From Acidobacteriota bacterium (GTDB taxonomy: Bacteria; Acidobacteriota; UBA6911; RPQK01; JAJDTT01), in NCBI GenBank assembly GCA_965209055.1, contig OZ242374.1:352001-416000 (forward strand): a stretch of DNA of 64,000 bases. Direction: 5' to 3'. A program made the position numbers and the translations under genes. Position 1 is the first letter of the stretch. Every line of letters begins with the position of its first letter. This document shows, one piece after another, positions 1 through 9,526 of this stretch. The notes under the pieces are model-generated. The model worked only from the letters and a program-made list of their open reading frames with translations, was not told where the DNA came from and did not search any database.

Positions 1-237
1 TTCCCGAACCTGCGTGTGACACGACGCAACCGGTTTCCCTCCATCCTGTTCCACCAGGCAGGTCCGGCAGGCGCCGAACGGCTCCATGCGATCGGAGTAG
101 CAGAGCGTGGGAACGGTGCTCCCAATGGGCTTCATGGCCTCCAGGATGGTCGCTCCGCGCGGGACCATGACGGACTGCCCATCGATGGTCGCGGATACGT
201 GCCCATTCCGGGAGCCGTGCCCGTTCTGTTGGCTCAT
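1..237 (-). CDS. NAD-linked formate dehydrogenase alpha / NuoG-like subunit, N-terminal [2Fe-2S] domain (runs off window)
   Basis: Not in ORF track. Manual translation from ATG 237: MSQQNGHGSRNGHVSATIDGQSVMVPRGATILEAMKPIGSTVPTLCYSDRMEPFGACRTCLVEQDGGKPVASCHTQVRE. The PTLC..GACRxC..ASC ferredoxin motif is present, and it lies downstream of a NuoE/F-like gene. Confidence 0.85.
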   Translation of the reverse strand, partial: MSQQNGHGSRNGHVSATIDGQSVMVPRGATILEAMKPIGSTVPTLCYSDRMEPFGACRTCLVEQDGGKPVASCHTQVRE

Positions 238-290
238 AAGCGAGTTCCTATACCGTACCCACCAGTTTACTACGTTTTAACGGGAATCTT

Positions 291-332
291 CTACGCGCTC
301 CGGTACTTGTCGATTTCTTCCGGAAAGAACTC
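291..332 (-). pseudogene. Orphan diverged copy of the last codons of the NuoE/F-like gene
   Basis: Reads EFFPEEIDKYRSA* versus EFFPDEIDRYRR* at the true gene end (396-434). Confidence 0.75.
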
Positions 333-338
333 CGGGAG

Positions 339-358
339 GGGGGACATTCCTGTCCCCC
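339..358. repeat. REP-like palindrome GGGGGACAttccTGTCCCCC
   Basis: Perfect 8-bp inverted arms with a 4-nt loop, intergenic. Confidence 0.6.
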
Positions 359-395
359 TCTTCATAGCCGACCCGGAACCGGACTATTTCCTCGT

Positions 396-2156
396 TCATC
401 TGCGGTACCGATCGATCTCATCGGGAAAGAACTCCATCAAATTCTCGATGGGAATGGGGATCATTCCGCCCAGAGCGCAGAGGCTGCCGTATTTCATGGT
501 CTCGCACAATTCCGAGAGCAACTGCAGTTTGTCGTCGGTCACGCCGGAGCCGTCGGGGTCCAGAAACTGGTCGAACATTTCGGTTCCCCGCACGGCGCCG
601 ATACGGCAGGGGAAGCACTTCCCGCAGCTTTCCACGGCGCAGAAGGCCATCAGGGCGCGGCCGATCTCCACCAGGTCGTCCCCTTGGGAATAGACCACCA
701 CCCCGGCATGCCCCAGGATGCCGCCGGCTTCGGCCATGGTCTCGAACGCCAGGGGGGTGTCCAGCTTGCTCTCGGGCAGGATGCCTCCCAAGGGTCCTCC
801 CACCTGGACCGCCTTGAAGACCTCTCCGGACGCCATTCCGCCGGCCCGGCGGAAGATCAGGTCCCGCAAGGTGACCCCCAACTCGATCTCGTAGAGCCCC
901 GGACGCCGGACCCGGGTGTTGAGGCTCACCAGCTTGGTCCCCCGGGATTTCCCATGTCCGAAAGCGGCATAGGCCTCCCCGCCGTGTTCGATGATCCAGG
1001 GGAGGTTGTGCAGCGTCTCGACGTTGTTCACTGCAGTGGGGCAGCCGTAGAGCCCCTTCTCGGCCGGGAATGGGGGTTTGAAGCTGACGATGGCCGGGAC
1101 CCCTTCGATGGACCGGAGCAGCGAGGTCTCCTCGCCGCAGATATAGGCTCCCTGACCCTTGACGATCCGCACCCGGCACGAGAAATCGCTTCCCAATATG
1201 TTCGATCCCACGAGGCCGGCTCCTTCGGCCTCGGCGATCGCCTGGCGCATGACTCGAAGCAGGCAGGGGTACTCGAAGCGGATGTAGAGGATGACCTCCT
1301 GGGCGCCGCACGAGTACGCGGCCAGCAGCGCGCCTTCCAGCTGGGTGTGGGGATCGCGCTCCATCAGTTCCTTGTCGATATAGGAGCCCGCGTCCCCTTC
1401 GTCGCAATTGACCACCACGAACTTGCGGCCGTCGGCCGAAGCGGATCGTGACACCGTTTCCAACTTGATGCCCGACGGAAAACCGGCTCCCCCGCGTCCG
1501 CGAAGCTGGCTGGCCTTGATCTCGTCGATCACCTGTTGGGGACTCATGGACGCCAGAGCCTTCTCCAGGGAACCGTAAGCTCCTGCCTCGCGGGCGCCCT
1601 GGAGAGACGCGACGTCGCGGTCGAACCGCCTGAGCAGGATGCACGGTTCCCCGTCACGCGGCATGTGGATCGGGTTGTTGGGTTCGTTCAGTCCATGCGA
1701 AGCGCCGGAACGCGCGTACTCCAGCACCGATTCGAGCGCTCCTTCGCCGGCCATGCTGACCGGCTCATTGTCCAGCATGACGTTGGGTCCCAAGCCGCAA
1801 TAGCCGAGACAGGTGACGTGCTCCACCCGCACCCCGTTGGCGCCGACGCCCCCGGGAGCGTCGAGGCCGCAGGCTTCAAGAAGCTTTTCCTCGCAGGAAA
1901 CGAAGCCGGCGACGCGGCAAGCCTCGCCGTTGCAGACCTTGACGACGCGTTCGGCCGGCCGGTCGTGGGTGAGCTCCTCGTAGAACTTGGCCGTGGCGCG
2001 GATCTGCTGCGGAGGGAGATGGTGCTGCCGCGCCAGACGGTCGATGTCCCGGTCGCCGATGTAGCCCTGCCGCTCGTGAAGCTTCGAAAGCTCGTCGTAG
2101 ACGGTCTGTCCATGGCCCAGAAACTTGTTCTGGAGGGCGATCAGGTTCTCGCTCAT
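396..2156 (-). CDS. Fused NuoE+NuoF-like diaphorase subunit (likely formate dehydrogenase gamma/beta)
   Basis: CNGEAC...CLGYC [2Fe-2S] motif, LRGRGGAGFPSG, NCDEGD, GAYICGEETSLL, ESCGKCFPCRIG and SLCALG [4Fe-4S] motifs. Confidence 0.93.
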   Translation of the reverse strand: MSENLIALQNKFLGHGQTVYDELSKLHERQGYIGDRDIDRLARQHHLPPQQIRATAKFYEELTHDRPAERVVKVCNGEACRVAGFVSCEEKLLEACGLDAPGGVGANGVRVEHVTCLGYCGLGPNVMLDNEPVSMAGEGALESVLEYARSGASHGLNEPNNPIHMPRDGEPCILLRRFDRDVASLQGAREAGAYGSLEKALASMSPQQVIDEIKASQLRGRGGAGFPSGIKLETVSRSASADGRKFVVVNCDEGDAGSYIDKELMERDPHTQLEGALLAAYSCGAQEVILYIRFEYPCLLRVMRQAIAEAEGAGLVGSNILGSDFSCRVRIVKGQGAYICGEETSLLRSIEGVPAIVSFKPPFPAEKGLYGCPTAVNNVETLHNLPWIIEHGGEAYAAFGHGKSRGTKLVSLNTRVRRPGLYEIELGVTLRDLIFRRAGGMASGEVFKAVQVGGPLGGILPESKLDTPLAFETMAEAGGILGHAGVVVYSQGDDLVEIGRALMAFCAVESCGKCFPCRIGAVRGTEMFDQFLDPDGSGVTDDKLQLLSELCETMKYGSLCALGGMIPIPIENLMEFFPDEIDRYRR

Positions 2157-2175
2157 GGGGCAATCCCTCCCGGCG

Positions 2176-3789
2176 TCAGGTTAGCAGAGCCATCCCGCCG
2201 CTGCCGGTGTCGGCGCCTCCCGAGAGCTGTCCGGTCTCGGGATCGATGACGATGGCATGAACCAGTCCCATCCCGCCGTGACTCAGGGGCAGCCGCTCGA
2301 TGGGATGGTTCCGGCGAACCTGGGCGCAGACGAATTCGGGGATCCGGGCCTGGCAGCGGATCAGGTCTCCCTGGCAGTCGAAGCGGGGAGCCAGCACCGC
2401 GTCGCTGGCGCTCATTCCGAAATCCAGGATGTTGACCAGGACCTGGAGGACGGAAGTGATGATTCGAGTCGCGCCGGGTGCGCCGATCACCACCACCGGG
2501 CGATCCCCCTTGTAGACCAGGGTCGGCGTCATTCCCGTGGTTCGCCCCTTGCCCGGCGCGATGGAGTTGGGATGCCCGGCCAGGGGGTGAAAGTTGATCA
2601 TGGAGTTGTTGTACATGAAGCCCAGTCCCGGCGTGATCACTCCGGACGACATCCCCAGGGAATGGGTCAGAGAGACGCAGTTTCCCTCTGAGTCCACCAC
2701 GCTCACCTGGGTCGTGTCGGGCGGTTCCGGCGCCATGGGCTCCACGGTGATGGCGCCGCCCTCCTCGATGGTGCGGCGCCACTGGGAGGCGCGTTCCTTG
2801 GAGGTCATCCAGTCCAGGGGAACGTCCACGAAATCCGGATCGGCCAGATGCAGGCTCCGGTCGGCGAAGGCGGCCTTCATGGCCATGGCGACGCGCTCGA
2901 TATAGGCCGGGGAGTTGTGCCGCAGGCTGGCAACGTCCCAGCCTTCCAGGATGTTCAGAATGGCCGCCAGAGTCGGTCCTCCGTGGGGAGGCTGGGAGCT
3001 GACCACCCGGTATCCCCGATAGCTTCCCACCACGGGTTCCGGATCCCGGAGCCGGTAGCCCGCCAGGTCGCCGCCGGTCACGAAGCTGCCGTTGGCCGCG
3101 AGGTCGGCGGCCATGGTTTCCGCCAGTTCTCCCCGGTAGAAATCTTCGGGGCCGGCTTCGGCCAAGTGCTCGAGGGTCGAGGCATAGTCGGGGTTGGCGA
3201 CCCGATCCCCGACCTCGCGGGGGAGCCCCTCCTCGTTGAGATAGATCCGGCTCGCCTCGGCATTGCCCCGGACGTAGTCCATCAGGCAGGAAGCTTCGGG
3301 ATAGGCCGGCCTGGCTCTCCATCCGTCGGCCAGGGATTTGTCCACCAGGAACCCCTCCCGGGCGATTCTGGCCGCCGGCTCCAGGACTGCCTTCCAGGAA
3401 AGGGTTCCCCAGCGCTCCAGCATGGCGGCGAATCCCTTGACCGCTCCGGGGACGCAGACCGACTGGTAACCCAGGTCGTTGACCTTGTCCTTCAGGAAGA
3501 AACCCCAGCCGTCGGGGTTGGGTCCCAGGATCGCCTTCTCCCACATGGCGGGAGAGACCTTCGATCCGGCCAGAGCGGGAGCATCCAGGACCCGTCCGTT
3601 CCCGCCGGAATCGCCGGCGAGGTGGAGGGTCGTAATGATGTAGCCACCGATCCCGCACATGTGGGGGCTCGCGACCGACTGCACCAGGGCGCAGGTGACG
3701 GCGGCGTCCACGGCGTTGCCGCCCGCCATCAGGACCTTGGCCCCCTCTTCCACGGCTACGGGCTGGGGAGCGACGATCATTCCGGGCAT
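2176..3789 (-). CDS. ggt: Gamma-glutamyltransferase family Ntn-hydrolase
   Basis: GGNAVDAAV, GIGG, VPGAV, AFADR, DTTQVSVVD (catalytic Thr), YNNSM..F. No signal peptide. Confidence 0.92.
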   Translation of the reverse strand: MPGMIVAPQPVAVEEGAKVLMAGGNAVDAAVTCALVQSVASPHMCGIGGYIITTLHLAGDSGGNGRVLDAPALAGSKVSPAMWEKAILGPNPDGWGFFLKDKVNDLGYQSVCVPGAVKGFAAMLERWGTLSWKAVLEPAARIAREGFLVDKSLADGWRARPAYPEASCLMDYVRGNAEASRIYLNEEGLPREVGDRVANPDYASTLEHLAEAGPEDFYRGELAETMAADLAANGSFVTGGDLAGYRLRDPEPVVGSYRGYRVVSSQPPHGGPTLAAILNILEGWDVASLRHNSPAYIERVAMAMKAAFADRSLHLADPDFVDVPLDWMTSKERASQWRRTIEEGGAITVEPMAPEPPDTTQVSVVDSEGNCVSLTHSLGMSSGVITPGLGFMYNNSMINFHPLAGHPNSIAPGKGRTTGMTPTLVYKGDRPVVVIGAPGATRIITSVLQVLVNILDFGMSASDAVLAPRFDCQGDLIRCQARIPEFVCAQVRRNHPIERLPLSHGGMGLVHAIVIDPETGQLSGGADTGSGGMALLT

Positions 3790-4035
3790 GGGCGACCTTC
3801 CTGTCAGATTCTAACTCTATTCAGCACTATGGTTTGCCCGCCATCTTCCGTTTCCCGGTCTTTTTGGCGAGCCAATCGGAAAATGCCGATGAACCCCGGC
3901 CACAATGCCTGAAACGATCATGCAAGTCGAGTCGTGGCGGTCCACCGGGAGAGAATGTTTGGACGTCGAACTTGTAGTGCGACCGTTGTATCCTGAAGAG
4001 TGTCCACGTCCGCAACAACTATAGGAACCAGGTAA

Positions 4036-4290
4036 ATGACATCTATGATGACAATAAAACTTTCGATGGACACGAAACTCCTGGGACGGATTGAGAAACG
4101 CGCTCAGCAACTCGGTACAACACGATCCGCGTTTACCCGGGAGGCCTTGCGGGCCGCGTTGGACCGCTACGACGAAGCGGAATCGGAAGCGCAGCACCGA
4201 GCCGGTTATCGTCGGCTTCCGAACATCCCGGGAGAGTTTTTGGTTCCGGAAGAGGACTTCGTTTGGGGCGATCGTGCATGGAGTGATTGA
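4036..4290 (+). CDS. Ribbon-helix-helix (CopG-like) antitoxin
   Basis: TIKLSMDTKLLGRIEKRAQQLGTTRSAFTREALRAAL RHH pattern with ..HRAGYRR.P....W tail, followed by a MazF-like start. Confidence 0.8.
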   Translation: MTSMMTIKLSMDTKLLGRIEKRAQQLGTTRSAFTREALRAALDRYDEAESEAQHRAGYRRLPNIPGEFLVPEEDFVWGDRAWSD

Positions 4291-4292
4291 CT

Positions 4293-4315
4293 ATGCACCG
4301 TGGTGAGATCCGTTG
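4293..4315 (+). pseudogene. 5' stub of PemK/MazF-family toxin
   Basis: ATG 2 nt after the antitoxin stop reads MHRGEIR (MxRGEIxW signature), then homology is lost. Confidence 0.6.
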
Positions 4316-4379
4316 TTGTCGAACCGGGCAGCGTTACTGGCGAGACATCTGTCGGCTGCCGTATCATCGTTGAGCAGCC

Positions 4380-4559
4380 ATGCGGGAGATTGTCTTCGTC
4401 GTCGAGGAAGCCCCAGAGAGCGGATTCACTGCGCGTGCCTTGGGTGTTTCGATTTTTACTGAAGCCGACACGCTTCCGGAGCTTCACGCAGCGATGCGGG
4501 ATGCTGTCCGGTGTCACTTTGAAGAGCGCGATCGACCGAAAGTTATTCGGCTACATTAA
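4380..4559 (+). CDS. Small HicB-like antitoxin, possibly C-terminally shortened; no adjacent hicA
   Basis: Below ORF-track cutoff. MREIVFVVEEAPESGFTARALGVSIFTEADTLPELHAAMRDAVRCHFEERDRPKVIRLH*. Confidence 0.75.
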   Translation: MREIVFVVEEAPESGFTARALGVSIFTEADTLPELHAAMRDAVRCHFEERDRPKVIRLH

Positions 4560-4568
4560 CAAAGTCCG

Positions 4569-6074
4569 CTATTCGCTCCCCACCACATAGACGGCGTAAA
4601 GGCGAGCGTCTTCCGGGTAAATTCCTTCCCAATTCACGCGGACGCGGATTGGCCCGTCCACGCCTGCCAGTTGGTCCTTGCCGCGCCACGTCACCCGTTG
4701 CCGCAGGCCCGGTTCCTGCAGCGCAATCGAGGCGTCTCCCGAATAACCGGGCAACGGCCGGAGCCGGTGGTCCAGGACCTCGACCCGGAGCTGGCTCTTC
4801 TCCGACAGCCCGGAGGCGTTGACGTAGATCTCCGCTTGCGGGGAATCCAATTCGATCGGCGTGGAGAGGAAATGGGCGCCTTCCGTCCGGGGCGCCGCGG
4901 CGAAATATCCCAGCCGGTCCCGGCCCCAGGTGGCCAGACGGACTCCCGAGGGACTCTCGGGGTTGAACGCGACCCAGATGCTGTACCAGAAGAAGGTCCG
5001 GTCGCCGATGTTCTCGAACCCCTGACCCTGGAGCAGCCGCGGTTCGGCGCCGTCCGGTTCCTCGTAGGAGGGAAGGATCTTGAAGTCGGGGATCGGCTCC
5101 TTGAAGTGGATGGCGTCGGGGCTCACCACCAGGCCCAGGTCGCAGGTGGAGTAGCGCCGGTCGTTGGTCTGGTTGTCGTATTGGCCGTAAAAACCAATGA
5201 TCACGTTGCCCCGGTTCCAGAGGCTGGCCCCCATGTGCACCTGTGCGCCGCGATGGATCTCGAAGTTGTCGAGGGGACGCGGCGGGAGGGGATTCCTCCG
5301 GAAGCTGAGGTGGGCCGCTTCGCTCCAGTGGTCGAAGTCGTGGGAGATGTAAGTGACCATCTTTCGACCCCGGGCCTTGGGGACGGGGTGGGGGATCGGT
5401 CCCCCCTGTCCGTTCAGGTAGTAGAAGCCGTTGAACCGGATCAGGCCGCCCGTCTCCATGCCGCTGCCCTTGATGATGGGGTTGTTGGGAGAATCGGTCC
5501 AGCTCAGCCCGTCCGGGCTGTACGCCGCCATGATGGCTCGCGGGTGCTCCTCCCGGACCATCTTGAAGCGCCGGCCGGGGTCGGGGTCTTCCGGCTCATG
5601 GAGTACCAGGACGAAGACCCCCTTCATGGGGTCCTTGCCGTTTGACAGCACCAGGTTGTTCCGCCGGTTCCCGTTGTACTCGACGAGTCCCAGGTCCGGC
5701 TTGTCCCAGCGGACGCCGTCCCGGGAGACGGCATAGAGGACCTGCCGTTTCCGGTCCTTGTCCCAACCGGAGTACCACATGCGGTACTCGCCATCGATCT
5801 TCAGGACGGTGCCGTAATAGTAGACCCGCGGGTGGTCCGGGTCTCCCGGCTTGCCCGGAGGGACGACCGGTTTGCTGGGGTGCAGAGGATCGGTTCCGTG
5901 CCCCGTATTGACCGCGCTTTTCTTGCCCGGGACCAGTTCTAGTAACAAACCCTTGCTGAACGGGACGCTGTAGTCGTCAAACGGGAAAAGGACCGTTTCC
6001 TTGCCGGCGCCGGCGCCCGGCTGCAGAGACAGGCCGAAACCGATGAGAACAGCCAAAATCATGCGAAGAGTCAT
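4569..6074 (-). CDS. Secreted beta-propeller glycoside-hydrolase-like protein (GH32/43/130-like fold), function unknown
   Basis: Start moved to MTLRMILAV (GGAGGT RBS, signal peptide). YRMWY, YAVSRDGVRWDKPDLGLVEYNG and SPDGLSW Asp-box-like repeats. Confidence 0.7.
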   Translation of the reverse strand: MTLRMILAVLIGFGLSLQPGAGAGKETVLFPFDDYSVPFSKGLLLELVPGKKSAVNTGHGTDPLHPSKPVVPPGKPGDPDHPRVYYYGTVLKIDGEYRMWYSGWDKDRKRQVLYAVSRDGVRWDKPDLGLVEYNGNRRNNLVLSNGKDPMKGVFVLVLHEPEDPDPGRRFKMVREEHPRAIMAAYSPDGLSWTDSPNNPIIKGSGMETGGLIRFNGFYYLNGQGGPIPHPVPKARGRKMVTYISHDFDHWSEAAHLSFRRNPLPPRPLDNFEIHRGAQVHMGASLWNRGNVIIGFYGQYDNQTNDRRYSTCDLGLVVSPDAIHFKEPIPDFKILPSYEEPDGAEPRLLQGQGFENIGDRTFFWYSIWVAFNPESPSGVRLATWGRDRLGYFAAAPRTEGAHFLSTPIELDSPQAEIYVNASGLSEKSQLRVEVLDHRLRPLPGYSGDASIALQEPGLRQRVTWRGKDQLAGVDGPIRVRVNWEGIYPEDARLYAVYVVGSE

Positions 6075-6227
6075 GTTTGGGACCTCCCTGAACATGCGGT
6101 TCCAAGGATTCGGGTCAAGCGCCCGAAAACGAACTTTCCAGATATAATTGGAAGCATACAAGGATACGGTTCCCGTCGGCGAATTTCGCGCCCCGAGGCA
6201 TCGGGGAGTTTCGGACCCGAGTGAAAA

Positions 6228-7010
6228 ATGTCCCTACGATTCCGGGACGCCGCCATCATCGTCTTGACCGGTTTGCTCCTGGGTTGCGGCCCTTCGCGGA
6301 TCAAGAAGTTGCCGGTTCCACAGGAGAATGTGATCGAGGCCTACCGTCTCATGGGGGAGGCGGACGAGATGATGAAGGAGGGAAAGGACCATCTGGCGGT
6401 CCTGAAATACGTCGAGGCGACGACGCTGAATCCGTATCACGAGGCCATTTTCAACAAGCTGGCCATCGCCTATTGCCGGACCGGGCGGTACTGGCAGGGA
6501 AGGAAAGCCGCCGAGCGCTCCGTCCGGCTCCACCCGGGATACGCCTCCGGCCACAACACGTTGGGAATCGTCTCCCTTTCGAATCGAAAATACAAACAGG
6601 CGGCCGCCTACTTCCAGGAGGCCATCGATCTGGATGCGCGGCCGTCCTATTACGTCAACCTGGGATATGCCGAAATGATGCGGAACCGCTACGAAGCGTC
6701 CCGCGAAGCCTACCTTCAGGCCGCCCTCCTGGACCCGGAAGTCTTCAAGAAATCGAGCGTATCCCGCCTGACCTATCCGGACCCCATGGGGGTGGACTCC
6801 GAGACGAACTACAATCTGGCCCGCCTCTTCGCCGAAATGGGGGACGAGCCCCAATGCCTGAAGTACCTGGGGAAAGCGTTGTCGGCTGGATTCACGGACC
6901 AGGAGCGGCTGGCGGCGGACGAGTCCTTCGACAAACTGCGTCAAAGTCAGGACTTCATCGAACTCCTGAGTCTTTACGGACTGACGGCCGCCGGGAAGGC
7001 TTCCGGCTGA
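6228..7010 (+). CDS. TPR-repeat lipoprotein
   Basis: LLLGC lipobox, NKLAIAY / HNTLG / YVNLG TPR motifs, C-terminal YNLA..A....F..LR helix. Confidence 0.85.
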   Translation: MSLRFRDAAIIVLTGLLLGCGPSRIKKLPVPQENVIEAYRLMGEADEMMKEGKDHLAVLKYVEATTLNPYHEAIFNKLAIAYCRTGRYWQGRKAAERSVRLHPGYASGHNTLGIVSLSNRKYKQAAAYFQEAIDLDARPSYYVNLGYAEMMRNRYEASREAYLQAALLDPEVFKKSSVSRLTYPDPMGVDSETNYNLARLFAEMGDEPQCLKYLGKALSAGFTDQERLAADESFDKLRQSQDFIELLSLYGLTAAGKASG

Positions 7011-7126
7011 CGATCCGGACACCGTAACCGGAAGCTCCCACCTTCCAGCCAGGCTTTGCTCCGAAAGAATGCTGCGTCTATATTGTTGTGCTTCAGTCGG
7101 CAAAAAGATCCAGAGAAGGAGAATCG

Positions 7127-7888
7127 ATGAGCCTCAAGAGCTTCTTTGACGAGAACGGTTACGTCACTGTGGACAACGTCTTCACTCCTGCGGAAATGGA
7201 CGAACTCATGGTCCGGATCGACGGCATGGAAAGAAGGGAGGTTCCATACCCCGAAAGCGACATCAAGTGGGAGCCGGCCAATCCTTCCGCGCTCCGCAAC
7301 GCCTTCGGGTTGCTCCATCGAGACCCGGTCTTCCGGTCCGTCGCCACGCATCCCAAGCTGGCCGCGGTCGTCGAGCAGATCCTGGGTCCCGACCTGGACA
7401 TCTACGCCGACGGACTCTTTGCCAAACCGGCGCTGGACGGAGGCCTGGTCCCGCCCCATCAGGACATGTACTACTGGAGTTTCCAGCCCTTCGAGATGCT
7501 GACCGCCTGGATCGCGTTGGAGGATGCGACCCGCGAGAACGGATGCCTCACCGTGATCCCCGGGAGCCACAAGTTGGGCCTCCTGGACCACGAGCATTCC
7601 AACGTGCCCGGGAATACGTGGAAGCTGACCCACGAGGCTCTGAGCCATCTGGGGGATGAGATTCCGGTGGAGCTGAGCAAGGGAAGCGTTGGGTTCCACC
7701 ACTGCCTGACCTATCACCGAAGCGAGCCCAACCGGAGTCCGCATTCCCGGCGCGCCTACACCGTGATCTTCATGACCGGCGAATCCCGCTGGGTGGGAGA
7801 GGAGGACTACCGGTACCCCTTCCTTCACGTTCAGGGCAAGCCGTCCCCGGCCTACGAGGCCATGAAGCACGTCCGGGTGGAAGGGTAA
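7127..7888 (+). CDS. Phytanoyl-CoA dioxygenase (PhyH) family Fe(II)/2OG oxygenase
   Basis: FFDENGY, HQD, WIALEDATRENGCLTVIPGSH, HRSEPNRS..RR. AGGAG RBS before ATG 7127. Confidence 0.92.
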   Translation: MSLKSFFDENGYVTVDNVFTPAEMDELMVRIDGMERREVPYPESDIKWEPANPSALRNAFGLLHRDPVFRSVATHPKLAAVVEQILGPDLDIYADGLFAKPALDGGLVPPHQDMYYWSFQPFEMLTAWIALEDATRENGCLTVIPGSHKLGLLDHEHSNVPGNTWKLTHEALSHLGDEIPVELSKGSVGFHHCLTYHRSEPNRSPHSRRAYTVIFMTGESRWVGEEDYRYPFLHVQGKPSPAYEAMKHVRVEG

Positions 7889-7896
7889 GCCGGGAA

Positions 7897-7920
7897 CGCG
7901 TGGCGGGCCCGCCCACGCGC
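7897..7920. repeat. GC-rich imperfect palindrome after phyH (REP-like / RNA hairpin)
   Basis: CGCGTGGCGGG-CCCGCCCACGCG, no U-tract. Confidence 0.4.
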
Positions 7921-8025
7921 CCAGGAGCGGAGGCAATCCCGTTCCTGTGGAATACGTGGACAGCTTCTTTCCTCGGAGTGGATTCTATCCTTGTAATTTG
8001 TCCATTATATGGATAATTTACAGGG

Positions 8026-9195
8026 ATGATCGAGCGGCATATCAAGCTCCGCGTTCTTGAGGCGCTTGGTTACCAGGCAGCGGCGGCCATTATCGGCCCG
8101 CGCCAAGTTGGCAAGACCACGCTCGCGATGGATATCGGCGAAGAGTGCGGAGCCCTGTATCTCGACCTCGAAGACCGGACCGATCGGCAAAAGTTGAGCG
8201 ACCCGGCGCTGTTCCTGCGCCATTACGAAAACCGCCTCGTGATTCTCGATGAAATCCACAGAGTTCCCGGCCTGTTTCACGATCTTCGAGGGGTCATCGA
8301 CAGCGGACGGCGGCGAGGAATACGGACCGGACGATTTCTGATCCTCGGCTCCGCGTCCATGGATCTGTTGCGCCAGTCCAGCGAGAGTCTCGCCGGCCGG
8401 ATCGCCTATATCGACATGCAGCCGTTCCACCTCCTCGAGGTGCCGGGCGGCAGTGAAACGCCCACCCGGCTCTGGGTGCGGGGCGGCTTCCCGGACAGCT
8501 TTCTGGCCGTGGACGGAAGGCGTAGCTTTCTTCTTCGCAAGGACTTTATCCGGACTTACCTGGAGCGTGACGTCGCCCTGTTCGGGCCCCGCCTCCCCGC
8601 GGAGACGCTGGAGCGCCTTTGGATCATGCTGGCCCACAGCCAGGGAGGCCTGTTGAATGCTTCCCGGTTCGCTTCGTCATTGGGTGTCAGCGTGCAAACC
8701 GTAAATCGCTATATCGGACTCTTGACCGATCTGCTGCTGGTGCGGCGCCTGGCTCCTTTGCACGCCAATGTCGGGAAAAGGCTGGTGAAATCGCCGAAGA
8801 TCTACATACGCGACAGCGGCCTGCTGCACGCTCTGCTCGGCATTGGCGATTTCAACGCGCTGGCCGGCCATCCTGTGGCCGGCGCCAGTTGGGAAGGGTA
8901 TGTGATCGAGAACCTGCTCGCAGCCGCCCCGGAACGGACGACGGCCAGTTTCTACCGCACTTCCGCCGGCGCCGAGGTCGATCTTGTGCTTCAGTTGCCG
9001 AACGGCGAACTGTGGGCGATAGAGATCAAGCGGGGTCGCGCCCCGAGACCGGACCGCGGCTTTTACAACGCCCGCGCGGACCTGCGGCCTGACCATGCGT
9101 TCGTCGCGTATTCCGGGGACGAACGCTTCCCGATCAGCGAAGGCGTTGAGGCGATCGGCGTCTTCGAACTGGCGATGTTGCTTCAGAACGGATGA
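8026..9195 (+). CDS. AAA_14 ATPase with DUF4143 and C-terminal PD-(D/E)xK-like region
   Basis: GPRQVGKTT Walker A, LDEIH Walker B, SLAGR, RGGFP, KSPKIYIRDSGL, EVDLV..AIEIK. Confidence 0.92.
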   Translation: MIERHIKLRVLEALGYQAAAAIIGPRQVGKTTLAMDIGEECGALYLDLEDRTDRQKLSDPALFLRHYENRLVILDEIHRVPGLFHDLRGVIDSGRRRGIRTGRFLILGSASMDLLRQSSESLAGRIAYIDMQPFHLLEVPGGSETPTRLWVRGGFPDSFLAVDGRRSFLLRKDFIRTYLERDVALFGPRLPAETLERLWIMLAHSQGGLLNASRFASSLGVSVQTVNRYIGLLTDLLLVRRLAPLHANVGKRLVKSPKIYIRDSGLLHALLGIGDFNALAGHPVAGASWEGYVIENLLAAAPERTTASFYRTSAGAEVDLVLQLPNGELWAIEIKRGRAPRPDRGFYNARADLRPDHAFVAYSGDERFPISEGVEAIGVFELAMLLQNG

Positions 9196-9281
9196 AAAGC
9201 AGGGAGCGGGTGATCATGATGGAAAGCGACCGGGTAACCACCAGCAAGCAGGCGACAGTCACCATCAGTTGCGCGTCGGCG

Positions 9282-9351
9282 CGCATCGTGTTGACCAGCT
9301 TGATCATCAGCGCGGGCCGAACTACAGTGACCTGTCCCGGATCGTGACGGA
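9282..9351 (+). pseudogene. Internally deleted remnant of a C69-peptidase paralog
   Basis: 9282-9311 matches 13161-13190 (26/30) and 9312-9351 matches 13567-13606 (38/40), joined at a shared CAGC. Confidence 0.85.
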
Positions 9352-9526
9352 CTGAGCCGTTCGGTCAGGCCGTGGGATTGGCCTCGTGCCGGTTCGCCCC
9401 CAAGTGTGACACCCGGCAGATTCCACAAGTCGCTGGCGGCCTTTCGGTTGCGCCACGGCCAACGGAGCGCGAATGCCGATCCGCGCTCCCCGTCCCCACC
9501 GTCCCCGCGCCCGCCGCCCACCGCGC

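Noticed and set aside
16-693. 225-aa + strand ORF with a repeated SISSGKNS
   Set aside because: It is antisense to the NuoF-like and FDH-alpha genes. The repeat is the shadow of the duplicated gene tail.
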